Shown here: piece by piece, positions 55,639-64,000 of the stretch
Position numbering within the stretch: position 1 is the first letter of the stretch
Layout: every line of letters begins with the position of its first letter
Assembly: GCA_963713955.1 (NCBI GenBank)
Contig: OY970216.1
Span: forward strand, 8,075 to 72,074
Length of the DNA stretch: 64,000 nucleotides
From: an uncultured bacterium
GTDB lineage: Bacteria > Patescibacteriota > Minisyncoccia > UBA6257 > GWB1-50-10
Direction of reading: 5' to 3'
Translations under genes and position numbers: made by a program
Notes under the pieces: model-generated
Seen by the model: the letters and a program-made list of their open reading frames with translations, nothing else
Database searches by the model: none
What the model was told of the DNA's origin: nothing

Positions 55639-55659
55639 CCTCACGCGGGTTGTTTATCC

Positions 55660-57270
55660 ATGAACCTCATAAATGCAATCTTCCTGAAATTCTCAGGCAA
55701 AGAGAGAAGAATGTTTCTCGGATCGATCGCGGTTCTCGTAATCGCGCTGGTATCCCTCACCTACGTCGTCATCAGGGAGAACGGAACTTTCATCTCAATA
55801 CCGGGAGGATCGTACGCGGAAGGGATCGTCGGCCAGCCCGTTAACCTGAATCCCGTCCTTTCGACGAACAGCGTTGACCAGGAAATCAGCTCTCTCCTCT
55901 ACGCGCCGCTTATGAGCCTCCTCGAAACGTGGAGCGTGAGCCCCGACGGCAAAACGTACACCCTGGAGATGAAAGACGGCCTCAAGTGGAGCGACGGAGA
56001 GGCCCTTTCAAGCGACGACGTTATCTTCACCATAAACACCGCCCAAGATCCCCACTCCAATTCCCCTTTCTTCCAGAGCTGGCAGGGAGTCTCGGTCGAG
56101 CGAGTGAGCGCAATACAGGTGAAGCTTACCATACCCAATGAGAACGTGTTCTTCATGGATAATGTAAGAAACCTTCCCGTTATACCGGAACACATCTATG
56201 GTGTGATACCGATCGAAAATTTCTATCTCTCGGAATACAAACTGAATCCGGTGGGAAGCGGGCCCTACGAGGTACAAAGCTTCTCCCAGAGAAAGGACGG
56301 CTTCATAACGGAGTATCATCTCGAGAGGAACCGTAACTTCTCCGGCGATGTCCCTTTCATACCGGACTTTTATTTCAAATTCTTCGAGAACAAGGACGAT
56401 CTTGCCAAAGCTCTCGAACTCCACGAGGCGAACGGCTACAATTCCCTGTGGCCTCCGGAATTCGATACGACGATATTCAAGGGGTCCCTCACGGAAAGGA
56501 TGCCCTCCTCCGACTACTACGCTCTTTTTTTCAACCAAAGCACGAATCCCGTCATGAAGGACGCGGGGCTCCGGACGGCGCTCACGGAAGGCGTAGACAA
56601 GAACGCGATCGCGAACCAGGTTTTCGGCGATGCGATATCACCCATCGAGGGACCAGTACTTCTCCCCGGCACCGCGACCGGCACGACCCTCTCATACAAT
56701 CCGGCTGATGCGAGTCAAATCGTGGGCTCTTTCAAATCCAAGAACAAGCTCGGGAGTCTCACCATCTCGATATCCGTGCCCGACGTGGATTTCCTGAAAA
56801 GAACAGCCGATATCATAAAAAGCGAGTGGCAGGCAATCGGCATTGACAACGTCGAGGTAAAAACGGTCGACGTGACGAATCCCGTGACGTCACCTCTCCG
56901 AACCCGCGATTACGACACGCTCCTCTTCGGAAATTTCCTGGAGAACGAGGAGGACCTCTTCCCGTTCTGGCATTCCTCCCAGGAGACTTATCCCGGCCTC
57001 AACTTGTCCTCGTACGGAGACACAACCGCGGATAACCTCATGGAGGAAATAAGGCAAACCAGCGACGATGCGGGGCGGCAGGCATTGCTTACAAAACTCC
57101 AAAGCGTCATCGTGAAAGACGACCCCGCGATTTTTCTCTTCTCTCTTCCCTATTTCTACGTCCACCCGGACGAACTCAAGGGCTTCAACGCCGAGTCCAT
57201 AACCTCTGAGGCTGACATTTTCAAGGACGTCAACAAATGGTCCATTGCAGACGTACAGGTGATAAAATAA
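55660..57270 (+). CDS. ABC transporter substrate-binding protein (family 5, peptide/nickel)
   Basis: LNP, WSDGEALSSDDVIFT, PVGSGPY and FWHSSQ...GLNLSSY. Confidence 0.9.
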   Translation: MNLINAIFLKFSGKERRMFLGSIAVLVIALVSLTYVVIRENGTFISIPGGSYAEGIVGQPVNLNPVLSTNSVDQEISSLLYAPLMSLLETWSVSPDGKTYTLEMKDGLKWSDGEALSSDDVIFTINTAQDPHSNSPFFQSWQGVSVERVSAIQVKLTIPNENVFFMDNVRNLPVIPEHIYGVIPIENFYLSEYKLNPVGSGPYEVQSFSQRKDGFITEYHLERNRNFSGDVPFIPDFYFKFFENKDDLAKALELHEANGYNSLWPPEFDTTIFKGSLTERMPSSDYYALFFNQSTNPVMKDAGLRTALTEGVDKNAIANQVFGDAISPIEGPVLLPGTATGTTLSYNPADASQIVGSFKSKNKLGSLTISISVPDVDFLKRTADIIKSEWQAIGIDNVEVKTVDVTNPVTSPLRTRDYDTLLFGNFLENEEDLFPFWHSSQETYPGLNLSSYGDTTADNLMEEIRQTSDDAGRQALLTKLQSVIVKDDPAIFLFSLPYFYVHPDELKGFNAESITSEADIFKDVNKWSIADVQVIK

Positions 57271-57275
57271 TAACC

Positions 57276-57405
57276 ATGCCCCGTAGGACAACTTCGAACG
57301 TCATGCTACGGGCAGGTCAAAGTTCTTCACCAAGAGATCAGAGATAAAAAGTCCATTATATCGAACGAACAGTAAACAGTAATTCGAAGTTGTACTACAG
57401 GGTAT
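57276..57405. repeat. Miniature inverted-repeat element
   Basis: ATGCCCCGTAGGACAACTTCGAA ... TTCGAAGTTGTACTACAGGGTAT, 23 bp with 3 mismatches. Confidence 0.65.
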
Positions 57406-58363
57406 GGATATCTACGAAAAAAACATCCGGGATTTCAACAAACAGCTTTCTCTGCAAGCCGTCAAAGGCCTGAACTTCGAACGTTTGACGAAGAAAAAAC
57501 CGGACAGCGTGACGGTGGTAGGGATGGGGGGCTCGGGGTTTATCGGTACTCTCCTCGAGGCAACACGCGAAGAAATAAACCTTGAGGTTCCGGTCTTCAT
57601 CGTGAAAGACAACACCCTGCCGCATATTCCTTCGGAAAATCCTCTCCTCGTCTTTATCTCATTCTCGGGTAATACGGAGGAAACGATCGATTGCTTTGAG
57701 TCAGCTCTCAAAAGATTCGGGCGCGAGAGAACGGCAGTCGTGACCGGCGGAGGATTCCTTCTCGATGAGGCCTCAAAAAAAGGCGTGCCTCTCGTGACCT
57801 TCGATCGAGGGTTCTTGACTCCGCGACAGTCTTCTGGTTTAATGTACTACGGATTAGGGAAAGTGCTCAAAAGACTCCTCAAGCTGCGCCTCGGGGAATA
57901 TGAAACCAAGATAAATCCCGCTGCCTTAAGAGAGGAGGGGTTCACGATAGCCAGAAAGCTCAGGGGAAAAAACGCCTTGATTTACTCGGGTAACACCATG
58001 AGCCATTTGTCTTACATCTGGAAAACGAATCTCAACGAGACTTCCAAAAACGGGGCGTTCTCCAATGTTTACCCCGAAGTGAATCACAACGAGATCGTTG
58101 GATTCGACAATCTATACGGGCCGTGGACACTGCTCTTTCTGGGTGACTATCCTCGAGGATTCGAAAAAAAGATCGGCTTCCTCGCAAGGAAACTGAAAAG
58201 GAAAAACATTCAGATGATAAACGTGAAAATGAAGGGCGGAAACTTCATGGAGAAAACGTGGAACGGGATTATCCTGTCACATTGGGTAAGTTTCAGCTTG
58301 GCTCTCTTGAACGGGGTCGAGCCGTCGCGAGTCAAGATTATTGAAGAATTAAAAAGCATTTAA
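57404..58363 (+). CDS. Bifunctional phosphoglucose/phosphomannose isomerase (SIS)
   Basis: GMGGSG, SFSGNTEET, NETSK and PEVNHNEI. Confidence 0.9.
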   Translation: MDIYEKNIRDFNKQLSLQAVKGLNFERLTKKKPDSVTVVGMGGSGFIGTLLEATREEINLEVPVFIVKDNTLPHIPSENPLLVFISFSGNTEETIDCFESALKRFGRERTAVVTGGGFLLDEASKKGVPLVTFDRGFLTPRQSSGLMYYGLGKVLKRLLKLRLGEYETKINPAALREEGFTIARKLRGKNALIYSGNTMSHLSYIWKTNLNETSKNGAFSNVYPEVNHNEIVGFDNLYGPWTLLFLGDYPRGFEKKIGFLARKLKRKNIQMINVKMKGGNFMEKTWNGIILSHWVSFSLALLNGVEPSRVKIIEELKSI

Positions 58364-58368
58364 GGGCT

Positions 58369-58455
58369 GCGGAGATGGCGAAATCGGCAGACGCGCAGGC
58401 TTCAGGAGCCTGTGGAAGCAATTCCATGAGGGTTCAAGTCCCTCTCTCCGCACCA
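58369..58455 (+). tRNA. tRNA-Leu (CAG)
   Basis: GCGGAGATGGCGAAATCGGCAGACGCGCAGGCTT-CAG-GAGCCTG, long variable arm, GTTCAAGTCCCTCTCTCCGCACCA. Confidence 0.96.
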
Positions 58456-58515
58456 CATAACATAGAAAAGTCAGATAAAAAAATAAAAACAAATACAAAC
58501 TACAAGTTTTGAAAC

Positions 58516-60240
58516 ATGACTCCAAGAACAAACACAAAAATCATAAAAAAAACATACGATAAGAAAACAACGGGAGGAGACTATGTGCGGCTCGCCGCCT
58601 TAGGCGGACTCGAAGAGGTCGGCCGCAACATGTCGTTCATCGAATACAAGGACGACATCGTGGCCATCGACATGGGTCTCCAATTCCCGGAAGAATCGAC
58701 CCCGGGCGTTGATTTCATCATACCCAACGTCTCTTACCTCGAGGAACGGAAGGAAAGAGTAAAAGCGGTCGTCATCACGCATGCTCACTACGACCACATC
58801 GGCGCCATCCCCTACCTCATCGGCCGTTTGGGGAATCCTGTCATCTACACCACGCGGCTCACGCGGGCGATCATAGAAAAAAGGCAAGCTGAATTCACGA
58901 ACGCACCTCGCCTCCGGGTGCAAGAAGTAAAGTACGGTGACAAATTAAAAATCAGCGAAACCATCGAGCTGGAATTTTTCGGCGTCGACCATACGGTGCC
59001 CGAAACGATGGGCGTCATCGTGAAAACACCAATCGGCAACATCGTCCACTTCGCGGACTTCCGGATCGAGTATAACGAGAAGGAAGAACCGCAGGGACTC
59101 GACACGTTCAAGCGCATCGGCGAAATGGGGGTTCACACCTTCATGGTGGACAGCACGAACGCCGAAGAAGAGGGGCATTCCCTCTCGGAAAAAATCATAG
59201 AAAAGAACATCGAGATGCTCTTCAAGCAAGCCAAGGGGAGAATTATCCTCTCGACTTTTTCCTCGATGCTCACGAGAATCACCGAGATCATCAAAATCGC
59301 CGAAAAGCTGGGGAAGAAAGTCGCCATCAACGGCCGATCGATGCGTGATAACGTCCTCATTGCGAAAAACCTCGGCTACATCAAAACCAAGAATAAAGAC
59401 ACCCTAATCGCGGTTGAAGACATTCACAAGTACAAAGACAACGAAATCCTAATACTTTCGACCGGCGCTCAGGGAGAATCATCGGCGGGGCTCATGAAGA
59501 TCGTGACCGGCATCCACAAATACATCCGCCTCAAGCCCGGCGACACGGTGATATTCTCGTCGTCGGTCATTCCCGGGAATGAACGCGGCGTCCAAACGCT
59601 CAAGGATAACCTGGCACGACAAGGAGCGGTCGTCTATACGTCGTCCATTATCGACATCCACGTGAGCGGACACGCGATGAAAGAGGATATCAAACTCGTG
59701 ACAAGAATCTTGAAACCGAAGTTCGTCATGCCCATCCACGGCTATTACTTCATGCGGTTCGCGAACGGCCAAAACGCCGTCGCGGGCGGCGTGAGGCCGG
59801 AGAACGTGCGGCTCATGGACAACGGGCAGGTTGCACAACTAACCGAGGAGGGATTCGTCATAACCGACGAGAACATCCCGGCGAATTACGTTCTCGTCGA
59901 CGGCCTCGGCGTTGGCGACATCGGGGAGGTAGTCCTCCGGGACCGGCTCGTGCTTGCCCAGGAAGGGATGTTCGTCGTCATAGCGACCATCGACCGGAAA
60001 ACCGGCCGCGTTGTGAAGAACCCGGACATCATCTCGCGAGGTTTTATTTACCTTCGGGAGAACCAGGAACTTTTGGACGAGATAAGGCGCAAAGTGAGAG
60101 GTATCGTGGGACGGATTCCCACGTATCAATCGATAGATATCGATTACCTTAAATCACTCATCAGGGACCAAATCGGACAATTCCTCTACAACAAAACGAA
60201 ACGCAGACCCATGGTTCTGCCCGTCATCATTGAGGTCTAA
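58516..60240 (+). CDS. rnj: Ribonuclease J
   Basis: LGGLEEVGRNM, THAHYDHIG, DSTNA, HVSGH and RRPMVLPVIIEV. Confidence 0.96.
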   Translation: MTPRTNTKIIKKTYDKKTTGGDYVRLAALGGLEEVGRNMSFIEYKDDIVAIDMGLQFPEESTPGVDFIIPNVSYLEERKERVKAVVITHAHYDHIGAIPYLIGRLGNPVIYTTRLTRAIIEKRQAEFTNAPRLRVQEVKYGDKLKISETIELEFFGVDHTVPETMGVIVKTPIGNIVHFADFRIEYNEKEEPQGLDTFKRIGEMGVHTFMVDSTNAEEEGHSLSEKIIEKNIEMLFKQAKGRIILSTFSSMLTRITEIIKIAEKLGKKVAINGRSMRDNVLIAKNLGYIKTKNKDTLIAVEDIHKYKDNEILILSTGAQGESSAGLMKIVTGIHKYIRLKPGDTVIFSSSVIPGNERGVQTLKDNLARQGAVVYTSSIIDIHVSGHAMKEDIKLVTRILKPKFVMPIHGYYFMRFANGQNAVAGGVRPENVRLMDNGQVAQLTEEGFVITDENIPANYVLVDGLGVGDIGEVVLRDRLVLAQEGMFVVIATIDRKTGRVVKNPDIISRGFIYLRENQELLDEIRRKVRGIVGRIPTYQSIDIDYLKSLIRDQIGQFLYNKTKRRPMVLPVIIEV

Positions 60241-60273
60241 CAAGTCTTACCCACTTTTTGATATAATGTTTCC

Positions 60274-61263
60274 ATGAAACCGATTTTGATTTCAGGTGTC
60301 CAGCCGACGGGAAAACTGCACATCGGAAATTATCTGGGATCCTTGAAGAATTTCGTGGCGCTTCAGGATTCCGACGAGTATCAGTGTTACTTCTTCATCG
60401 CCGACCTCCACTCCCTCACGGAAAACTTCGATCCCGGGGAAAAGTACGAGCAGATTCTGAGCGTGACCGCAGACTACCTGGCGGCCGGCTTGAACCCGAA
60501 AAAATCCGTCCTTTTCCAGCAATCCGAGGTGCCGGCACATAGCGAACTCGCCGTCATCTTGAATAACTTCACACCGATGGGCGAACTCGGCAGGATGACC
60601 CAATTCAAGGACAAGTCCGAAAACCAGCCGCAAAACGTGAACATGGGCCTTTTCGATTATCCCGTCCTCATGGCGTCCGATATTCTCCTCTACGACGCCG
60701 CAGTCGTGCCGGTCGGCGAGGATCAAGTCCAGCATCTGGAACTCACGAGAACCATCGCGCGGAGATTCAATTCGAAATTCGGGAAAACCTTCGTCGAACC
60801 GAAACCGATCCTCACGGAAGCGAAGCGGATCATGAGCCTGGATGACCCGGAAAAGAAGATGTCCAAGTCGCGACCTGCGGGATGCCTTTTCCTCGACGAC
60901 GAACCCGACGCCATGCGGCAGAAAATAAAACGGGCCGTGACCGACTCGGGAAACGAGGTACGGTACGACCCGGACCGGAAACCTGCTCTCTCGAACCTCA
61001 TGCGGATCTACTCGGCGATGGCGGGGATCCGCATCGACGAGATTGAAAAGAAATTCAGAGGGAAGGGATACGGTGATTTTAAAGAAGAACTCGCCGAAAT
61101 GATCGTAAGCACTCTCACGCCGTTCCAAAAAAAGAAAAAGGAGCTCATGAAAAACCCGGCAACGATCAAAAAAATCCTGGCGGCCGGCGACAAGAAAGCG
61201 AACGCTGTCACAAGCAAAAAAATGGCCGAAATAAAAAACAAAATAGGTTTAGTATATGAATGA
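60274..61263 (+). CDS. trpS: Tryptophan--tRNA ligase
   Basis: SGVQPTGKLHIGNY, VPVGEDQVQH and KMSKS. Confidence 0.96.
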   Translation: MKPILISGVQPTGKLHIGNYLGSLKNFVALQDSDEYQCYFFIADLHSLTENFDPGEKYEQILSVTADYLAAGLNPKKSVLFQQSEVPAHSELAVILNNFTPMGELGRMTQFKDKSENQPQNVNMGLFDYPVLMASDILLYDAAVVPVGEDQVQHLELTRTIARRFNSKFGKTFVEPKPILTEAKRIMSLDDPEKKMSKSRPAGCLFLDDEPDAMRQKIKRAVTDSGNEVRYDPDRKPALSNLMRIYSAMAGIRIDEIEKKFRGKGYGDFKEELAEMIVSTLTPFQKKKKELMKNPATIKKILAAGDKKANAVTSKKMAEIKNKIGLVYE

Positions 61264-62134
61264 GGGAAGACGTTTCTATGAACAAGATAAGGTTTTGGAT
61301 AGGCTTCTTTTCGAACAGGCGTGGAAAAAGGCCAGACACACTCTAGCGGAGGCAGCAGTGAAAATGGAGAAGTTCAAGCACCTCTATAATGTGGGGAAAG
61401 ATCTGGAGCTCGTTAAGAAACGTGAGGTTAGGTTTTTAGAAGAAAAAACACCGACGGAGCTGGAAACAGATAAAATAGCGACTGTTCTAGAGGCTATTAT
61501 ATACACGCAGATCAAATCTAACGATTGGCTCGGAGAAAGCGCCCACATTATGAAAACGTGCCGCTTTGACGATATAGAGAATAAGGTGGATAGCCTGATT
61601 GAATTTAGAAAAGAAGAACGCTCTGCCTCTTATCTCGGTCTAGCCATAGATGTAACAATGGAATCCGAAATGAGTGATAAATTTGATGAGATTAGAAAAG
61701 AAATAGACTCGGGTAAACTCTCTACCATAAAGTATTTCGACTCTGAGTATACCAACACACTGGGGGAAAAGTCCCAAATACCACGAGTCATAGTTGCGGC
61801 CGACTCAAAGAGTATAAAAGAACTAACCGGATTGTGGCTTGAAGGAAAGAAAGAAGCGTTAGCGAACCATCCAATGCTATTTCAGATGCTAGAAGAAATA
61901 TTACTGCAACTAAAGAAGTTCAGAGAATACGCCGAATCAAAGGAAAAATATGAACTTGTCGACATATATGACGTTTCAATTTCCCTCGTACAAAAAATCT
62001 ACGACAACAAATCCAAGACTGTGAAAGATAGCGACATAAAGGACCGAAAGGATCGCGCTTTCCTAACAATATCGGAAAGTCTTAACTTTTTCGGAGACAG
62101 AGATACTCCAAGAGATACTATAAGATCACTTTAA
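61256..62134 (+). CDS. Hypothetical protein (possible PD-(D/E)XK-like fold)
   Basis: 292-aa charged ORF with the acidic pattern FDDIENKVD...LAIDVT. Confidence 0.7.
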   Translation: MNEGRRFYEQDKVLDRLLFEQAWKKARHTLAEAAVKMEKFKHLYNVGKDLELVKKREVRFLEEKTPTELETDKIATVLEAIIYTQIKSNDWLGESAHIMKTCRFDDIENKVDSLIEFRKEERSASYLGLAIDVTMESEMSDKFDEIRKEIDSGKLSTIKYFDSEYTNTLGEKSQIPRVIVAADSKSIKELTGLWLEGKKEALANHPMLFQMLEEILLQLKKFREYAESKEKYELVDIYDVSISLVQKIYDNKSKTVKDSDIKDRKDRAFLTISESLNFFGDRDTPRDTIRSL

Positions 62135-64000
62135 CTTCTTCACCCCTAGCCATATCGGCTCGCCGTCGAATTTCGTGTCGAGCTCCGCGTCGAACTTATC
62201 CGAACGTTTCAGGACGATATCTGAGGCGTTTACTTCCTTCATTAAGAGTTTTTTGTTCCGATCTACAATTTTCTTGACCTCCGGATCAGCCTCGATCATG
62301 AGGACAATGCTGTCTTTCGGGGTGAGCCCCCCGTCCTGGCGGAGACCCTGAACCATCCGCACAAACTCGCGCACTATTCCTTCTTCTCTCAACTCAGGAG
62401 TTATCTCAACATCGAGAACGGAATCTCCCGCTTTGAGATTCTTATCAAAAATTATCCTCTTAACGTTGATCTCGTCTTTCAAAATCTCCAAGAGCTCGGG
62501 GCCGTTGGAAGTTTGGAATTTAAAGTTCGGGACTCGGAGTGAAGCGAGCGGCTGCCGAACCCTAATTCCCAATTTGGCGCGCTTCCCCAACGCGGCGCTC
62601 GCCAAGTCCCGCACTATCTTCATGTCACTCAGCAACTTTGAATTTTGAACTTTGAACTTTGAACTTACCTTCGGCCACCTCTCGAGATGAACCGACGATT
62701 CCCCCTGCAAAGCCAAAGATTTATACAAAGCCTCGGCAAAAAACGGCATAAAGGGAGCTATCACTTCACTGACCGTAATCAAGTTCCGACGCAAGGTCTC
62801 GAAAAACGTTTTGTCCTTGCGCTTGCGGCTCCGGCGTAGATACCACGTGGAAAGATCGTCCACGTATTCCTGAATCGCTCGCGTAGCGTGCACCGTATCA
62901 TACGCGTCAAGATTCTCCGTGACGCTCCGCACGAGCTCCGCAGTGCGGATATCGATCCACAAATCAAGGACGTTCTTCGACTTTCCAAGCCTAAGGTCAT
63001 CGGCTGTCGGTTCTGACATCTCAACATACGTCCCGAAGTACCGGTAGACGTTCCAGAGAAGCAAGACGACTTTGCGGTAGGCGCTCTCAACACCCTTCTC
63101 CGAAAAATCCAAGTTGTCCGCCTGCATAACGACCGAATTCATGAGGTAAAAGCGCAAACTGTCGGCACCATATTTTTCTATAACAACCCACGGGTCCGGG
63201 AAGTTGCCTTTGGACTTGCTCATTTTGGAACCGTCCTCCGCGAGAATCGTGCCGGTTGTGACGACATTCTCGAATGGAGCCTTTTTAAAAAGAATGAGGG
63301 AAATCACGTGCATCACGTAAAACCAGGCTCGCGTCTGGGCGATGTATTCGGCCACGAACTGCGCCGGAAGCCTGCTTTCGAACGTTTTCTTGTTCTCGAA
63401 GGGATAGTGGTACTCCGCAAACGGCATGGAGCCGGCCTCCGTCCAGGAGTCGAAGATTTCCGACGTGCGCTTCATCGTGCCGCCGCAGGAGGGGCAGGCA
63501 AACGTCACTTCATCGATATAGGGACGGTGCAAATCGACTTCGCCGGTATCATTCCGGGGGATAACCCTGAAATCAAGCTTCATCGCCTCCGCAAAAGAAA
63601 CGAAATCTTTCCCTCTCTTCTCTTTCTCCGCGATCGCTTTCTTCTCGCTCCAGCCTTCCGCCGCCTGGAACAGCATCCACACGGGATATTCATGCGTCAC
63701 GAGGAGTATATTCTTGCCTTCGTACTTCGATTCGCAATCCTTCAAAAAACCCCACAAACGGGTCCGCAAATCGCGGAGAGATTCTCCTCCCTCGGGAATT
63801 TCCTCAAACCTCGCTTCGTACGTCGGGAACATCTCAAGGTACTTCTCGTCATGACAACCCGTAAGCTCAGATCCCAAATGTATCTCCTCAAGCCTCTTGT
63901 CTACCTTGAACTCCGCGTCCCCCAGCATTCTAAAATCGATTTCTCCCGTTTCCCTGGTCCTCAGGACATCCGAAGATAAAATCAGGTCCACTTTCTCGTG
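62126..64000 (-). CDS. ileS: Isoleucine--tRNA ligase (type 2), C-terminal part, with an inserted histidine-phosphatase-like domain; 5' end outside the window
   Basis: DLHRPYID, AEYIAQTRAWFY, KMSKSKGN and WYLRRSR; upstream SSD..RTRET...GGES...LLVTHE phosphatase fold. Confidence 0.92.
   Translation of the reverse strand, partial: HEKVDLILSSDVLRTRETGEIDFRMLGDAEFKVDKRLEEIHLGSELTGCHDEKYLEMFPTYEARFEEIPEGGESLRDLRTRLWGFLKDCESKYEGKNILLVTHEYPVWMLFQAAEGWSEKKAIAEKEKRGKDFVSFAEAMKLDFRVIPRNDTGEVDLHRPYIDEVTFACPSCGGTMKRTSEIFDSWTEAGSMPFAEYHYPFENKKTFESRLPAQFVAEYIAQTRAWFYVMHVISLILFKKAPFENVVTTGTILAEDGSKMSKSKGNFPDPWVVIEKYGADSLRFYLMNSVVMQADNLDFSEKGVESAYRKVVLLLWNVYRYFGTYVEMSEPTADDLRLGKSKNVLDLWIDIRTAELVRSVTENLDAYDTVHATRAIQEYVDDLSTWYLRRSRKRKDKTFFETLRRNLITVSEVIAPFMPFFAEALYKSLALQGESSVHLERWPKVSSKFKVQNSKLLSDMKIVRDLASAALGKRAKLGIRVRQPLASLRVPNFKFQTSNGPELLEILKDEINVKRIIFDKNLKAGDSVLDVEITPELREEGIVREFVRMVQGLRQDGGLTPKDSIVLMIEADPEVKKIVDRNKKLLMKEVNASDIVLKRSDKFDAELDTKFDGEPIWLGVKKLK

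Overview
This is bacterial chromosomal DNA in the standard genetic code. Gene content and style point to a Patescibacteria/CPR (Parcubacteria-like) genome; this is an inference, not a database result. From left to right: (1) a minus-strand surface-glycosylation locus (1-11.2 kb) with a GDP-heptose pathway (hddA, gmhA, gmhB, hddC-like), its own transaldolase, GT9/GT2/GT4 transferases and a flippase, next to a ~1090-aa S-layer-like protein. (2) Housekeeping genes (clpB, htrA, iscS, pduO-like, AsnRS-like, gpmI, rny, hup, ECF sigma, secG, rnj, trpS, ileS) and six tRNAs. (3) A 3.5-kb accessory strip next to tRNA-His in which five related ~15-35 bp sites separate small cargo units, including two toxin-antitoxin pairs; it looks like an att-site-delimited cassette array. 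(4) A 14.7-kb element (39598-54303) integrated at the 3' end of tRNA-Gly. It carries a large serine recombinase, Xre, a replication-relaxation protein, two VirD4-like ATPases and a complete diversity-generating retroelement (DGR): target VR, TR with 18 of 18 mismatches at adenines, an antisense avd, and RT. The most unusual signal is an inverted 405-bp copy of the element's own excision junction (attP) inside the element. The crossover lies within the recombinase reading frame, so integration, excision or inversion swaps the recombinase C-terminus. All calls come from reading the sequence and recognising motifs; no searches were run.
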